Positions 62,587 through 64,000 of a stretch of DNA of 64,000 nt are shown here, piece by piece. The stretch's first letter is position 1. Every line of letters begins with the position of its first letter. The stretch comes from an uncultured delta proteobacterium (GTDB taxonomy: Bacteria; Myxococcota_A; UBA9160; PR03): contig CAWDFQ010000010.1 in the NCBI GenBank assembly GCA_963801625.1, forward strand, positions 422,245 through 486,244, in the 5' to 3' direction. Under the pieces are notes generated by a model. The model saw only the letters and a program-made list of their open reading frames with translations. It did no database searches and was not told where the DNA came from. The translations under genes and the position numbers were made by a program.

Positions 62587-63480
62587 GCTGCCACCCTCCA
62601 ATTTCCCCTCGTCATGTTCTTCCTTGGATCGGGCCAGGTCAACCGCAAGTCTGGGAACCGCAATGGCACGCCCAAGAGTCGCGCGAACCGCGCCCGCGAT
62701 CGGCCCACGACCACCAGCCCGAGAATCGCTGCGATCGCGGCAATGTCTGCCCGAGCCTCGGGCAGCCGCGCGACGAATGGTTCCGCTTCTCCGTTCGGGT
62801 TGCGCGCCGATCCAGCGATCACGGTGCCATCAGACGAAATGGCGAGCGGCGCAAGCGCCGTCCAACCGACGAGCTCGTGCCCAAGCTGTTGTTCGAGCAC
62901 CGACTTGAGCGAGCGCATGCCGCGCGCTTCATCCCAGATGAATCCGGCGCGGACCGTGACCGCCAGATTGGGGGGCGCGTCGCCGCTGACACCCACGACC
63001 GTCGATCCGTCGGCGGTCGTGGCGAACGCTTCGAGTCGGGATAGCGCGAGAGTGCCGAGCAGCATGAGCCCCGCGCCGGCGGTCCAGCGGAAGGCGACGC
63101 GGTCTCCCGCTTCGAACGCGTATCCGACCGCTACTTCACCGTCCGCGGATACGCCATGCGAAAGTCCGAACGCGATCGGGTCGCTTGGCGCCGGAAGCCG
63201 CAACACGTCCCCGTAGTTGTATCCGCGATGAGCGGCGAGTATCGCGCGCTCCCAGAGGTTGCGGTTGCGCGTAGATCCTCGAAGTGGTCGAAGCCGCCCA
63301 CGGCATCCCGACGGAACGCCGAGACGCGTTCAGCCCGCCGGCCCAGTACGAGTTGCCAACCAGCACGAGACCGTCATCCGATACATCGACGAGTTCAACG
63401 TCGTACGGGAAGCCTGGATGGAGGCCGGACCGAAGACCTCACTCGGCGTCACGACTTCATCGTCATCTCCAACCCTGTGC
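62583..63480 (-). pseudogene. HAF-repeat protein with PEP-CTERM-like tail, frameshifted and lacking an N-terminus
   Basis: GLSHGVSADGEVAVGYA, AFRWTAGAGLMLLGTL, ATTADGSTVVGVSGD, LAISSDGTVIAGSA and the tail LPEARADIAAIAAILGLVVVGRSRAR. Upstream pieces (LVGNSYWAGGLNA) lie in other frames. No signal peptide was found. Confidence 0.55.
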
Positions 63481-63493
63481 CCGGCGCTGGGGG

Positions 63494-64000
63494 CTGAAGC
63501 CGCTGGTCATCTCCGGCAATCTCGTCATCGCGCTGCAGTATCCGCTGTTGGCCGAGGTGCACGGGGTCGACCAGTCACTCCTCGCGTACTGTCTGGTCTC
63601 GGCGCTCGGAGACACTTTCTACTGGACGTCGTATCACTCGTACTTCGCGCTGCTGGGTGACAACGAGCATCGCGGCCATCAGATCGGCGCGAACGTGGCG
63701 CTGGCGGCGATCGTGGGGATCGTCGCGCCACTCATCGGCGCGTGGACGCTCGGCGAACTGGGCCCGCGCCTCGCCTTCGGCGCAACCGGCTTGGTTCAGG
63801 CGCTCGCGGCCGTTCCACTGTCAGCCACGCCGAACGTGAGGGTTCCGCGAACGGCGCCCGGCGCGCTCCTCGCGGCGCTCCCGGGTGTCGGGCTGTTCAT
63901 GGCCGACGGCTGGTTCGCAGTGAGTTACGTCCTCGTCTGGCAGATCGCGCTGTTCCTCTCACTCGGCGCGAGTCTCGCGGCGTATGGCGGCGCGATGGCG
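63494..64000 (+). CDS. MFS-type transporter fragment (no N-terminus; continues past window end)
   Basis: My own translation gives 169 stop-free codons. It reads LKPLVISGNLVIALQYPLL...YHSYFALLGDNEHRGHQIGANVALAAIVGIVAPLIGAW...LFMADGWFAVSYVLVWQIALFLSLG. It is not in the ORF track because it has no start codon. Confidence 0.55.
   Translation, partial: MKPLVISGNLVIALQYPLLAEVHGVDQSLLAYCLVSALGDTFYWTSYHSYFALLGDNEHRGHQIGANVALAAIVGIVAPLIGAWTLGELGPRLAFGATGLVQALAAVPLSATPNVRVPRTAPGALLAALPGVGLFMADGWFAVSYVLVWQIALFLSLGASLAAYGGAMA

Overview
High-GC (about 70% by eye) bacterial chromosomal window. The gene content looks like an environmental Myxococcota or delta-proteobacteria-like lineage (low-confidence inference). 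It includes PEP-CTERM and HAF proteins, dense c-di-GMP signalling (HD-GYP, PilZ, GGDEF), a TMTC-like glycosyltransferase, a P450 and many lipid or CoA enzymes. I call about 65 protein-coding loci. I recognised no rRNA, tRNA, CRISPR array, transposase or integrase. Main observations: (1) A ResA/TlpA-like thioredoxin-fold gene has a single in-frame TGA at the redox-active position plus a SECIS-like hairpin, so it is probably a selenoprotein. (2) A textbook Trp attenuator sits upstream of a fused trpE(G): a 31-codon leader ending TPWWWRSLP, competing GAGGCGGC segments and a U-tract terminator. (3) A tightly coupled three-gene cassette is built around a ThsB-like TIR (DUF1863-type) protein with two tiny partner ORFs and no ThsA-type effector in view. 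This is my best candidate for an undescribed system. (4) At least three families of intergenic repeats occur. One is a perfect 22-24 bp palindrome (GTTGACTTGGGGACGTTCCTG) placed within 8 nt after a + strand stop (or overlapping it) at three loci. (5) Frameshifts, nonsense codons and truncations are strongly clustered. fpg, adh, CYTH-CHAD, thiolase, the TMTC-like gene, pqqBCDE and others are hit, but about 15 kb (24.6-39.3 kb) is lesion-free. An essential ileS also carries a frameshift, so assembly error versus real gene decay cannot be settled from sequence alone. (6) A lower-GC stress-gene islet (50.5-52.6 kb) is bounded by gene fragments, and a lower-GC DUF4258/DUF2283 pair lies at 55.5-56.0 kb. 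All coordinates of frameshifted genes are approximate.
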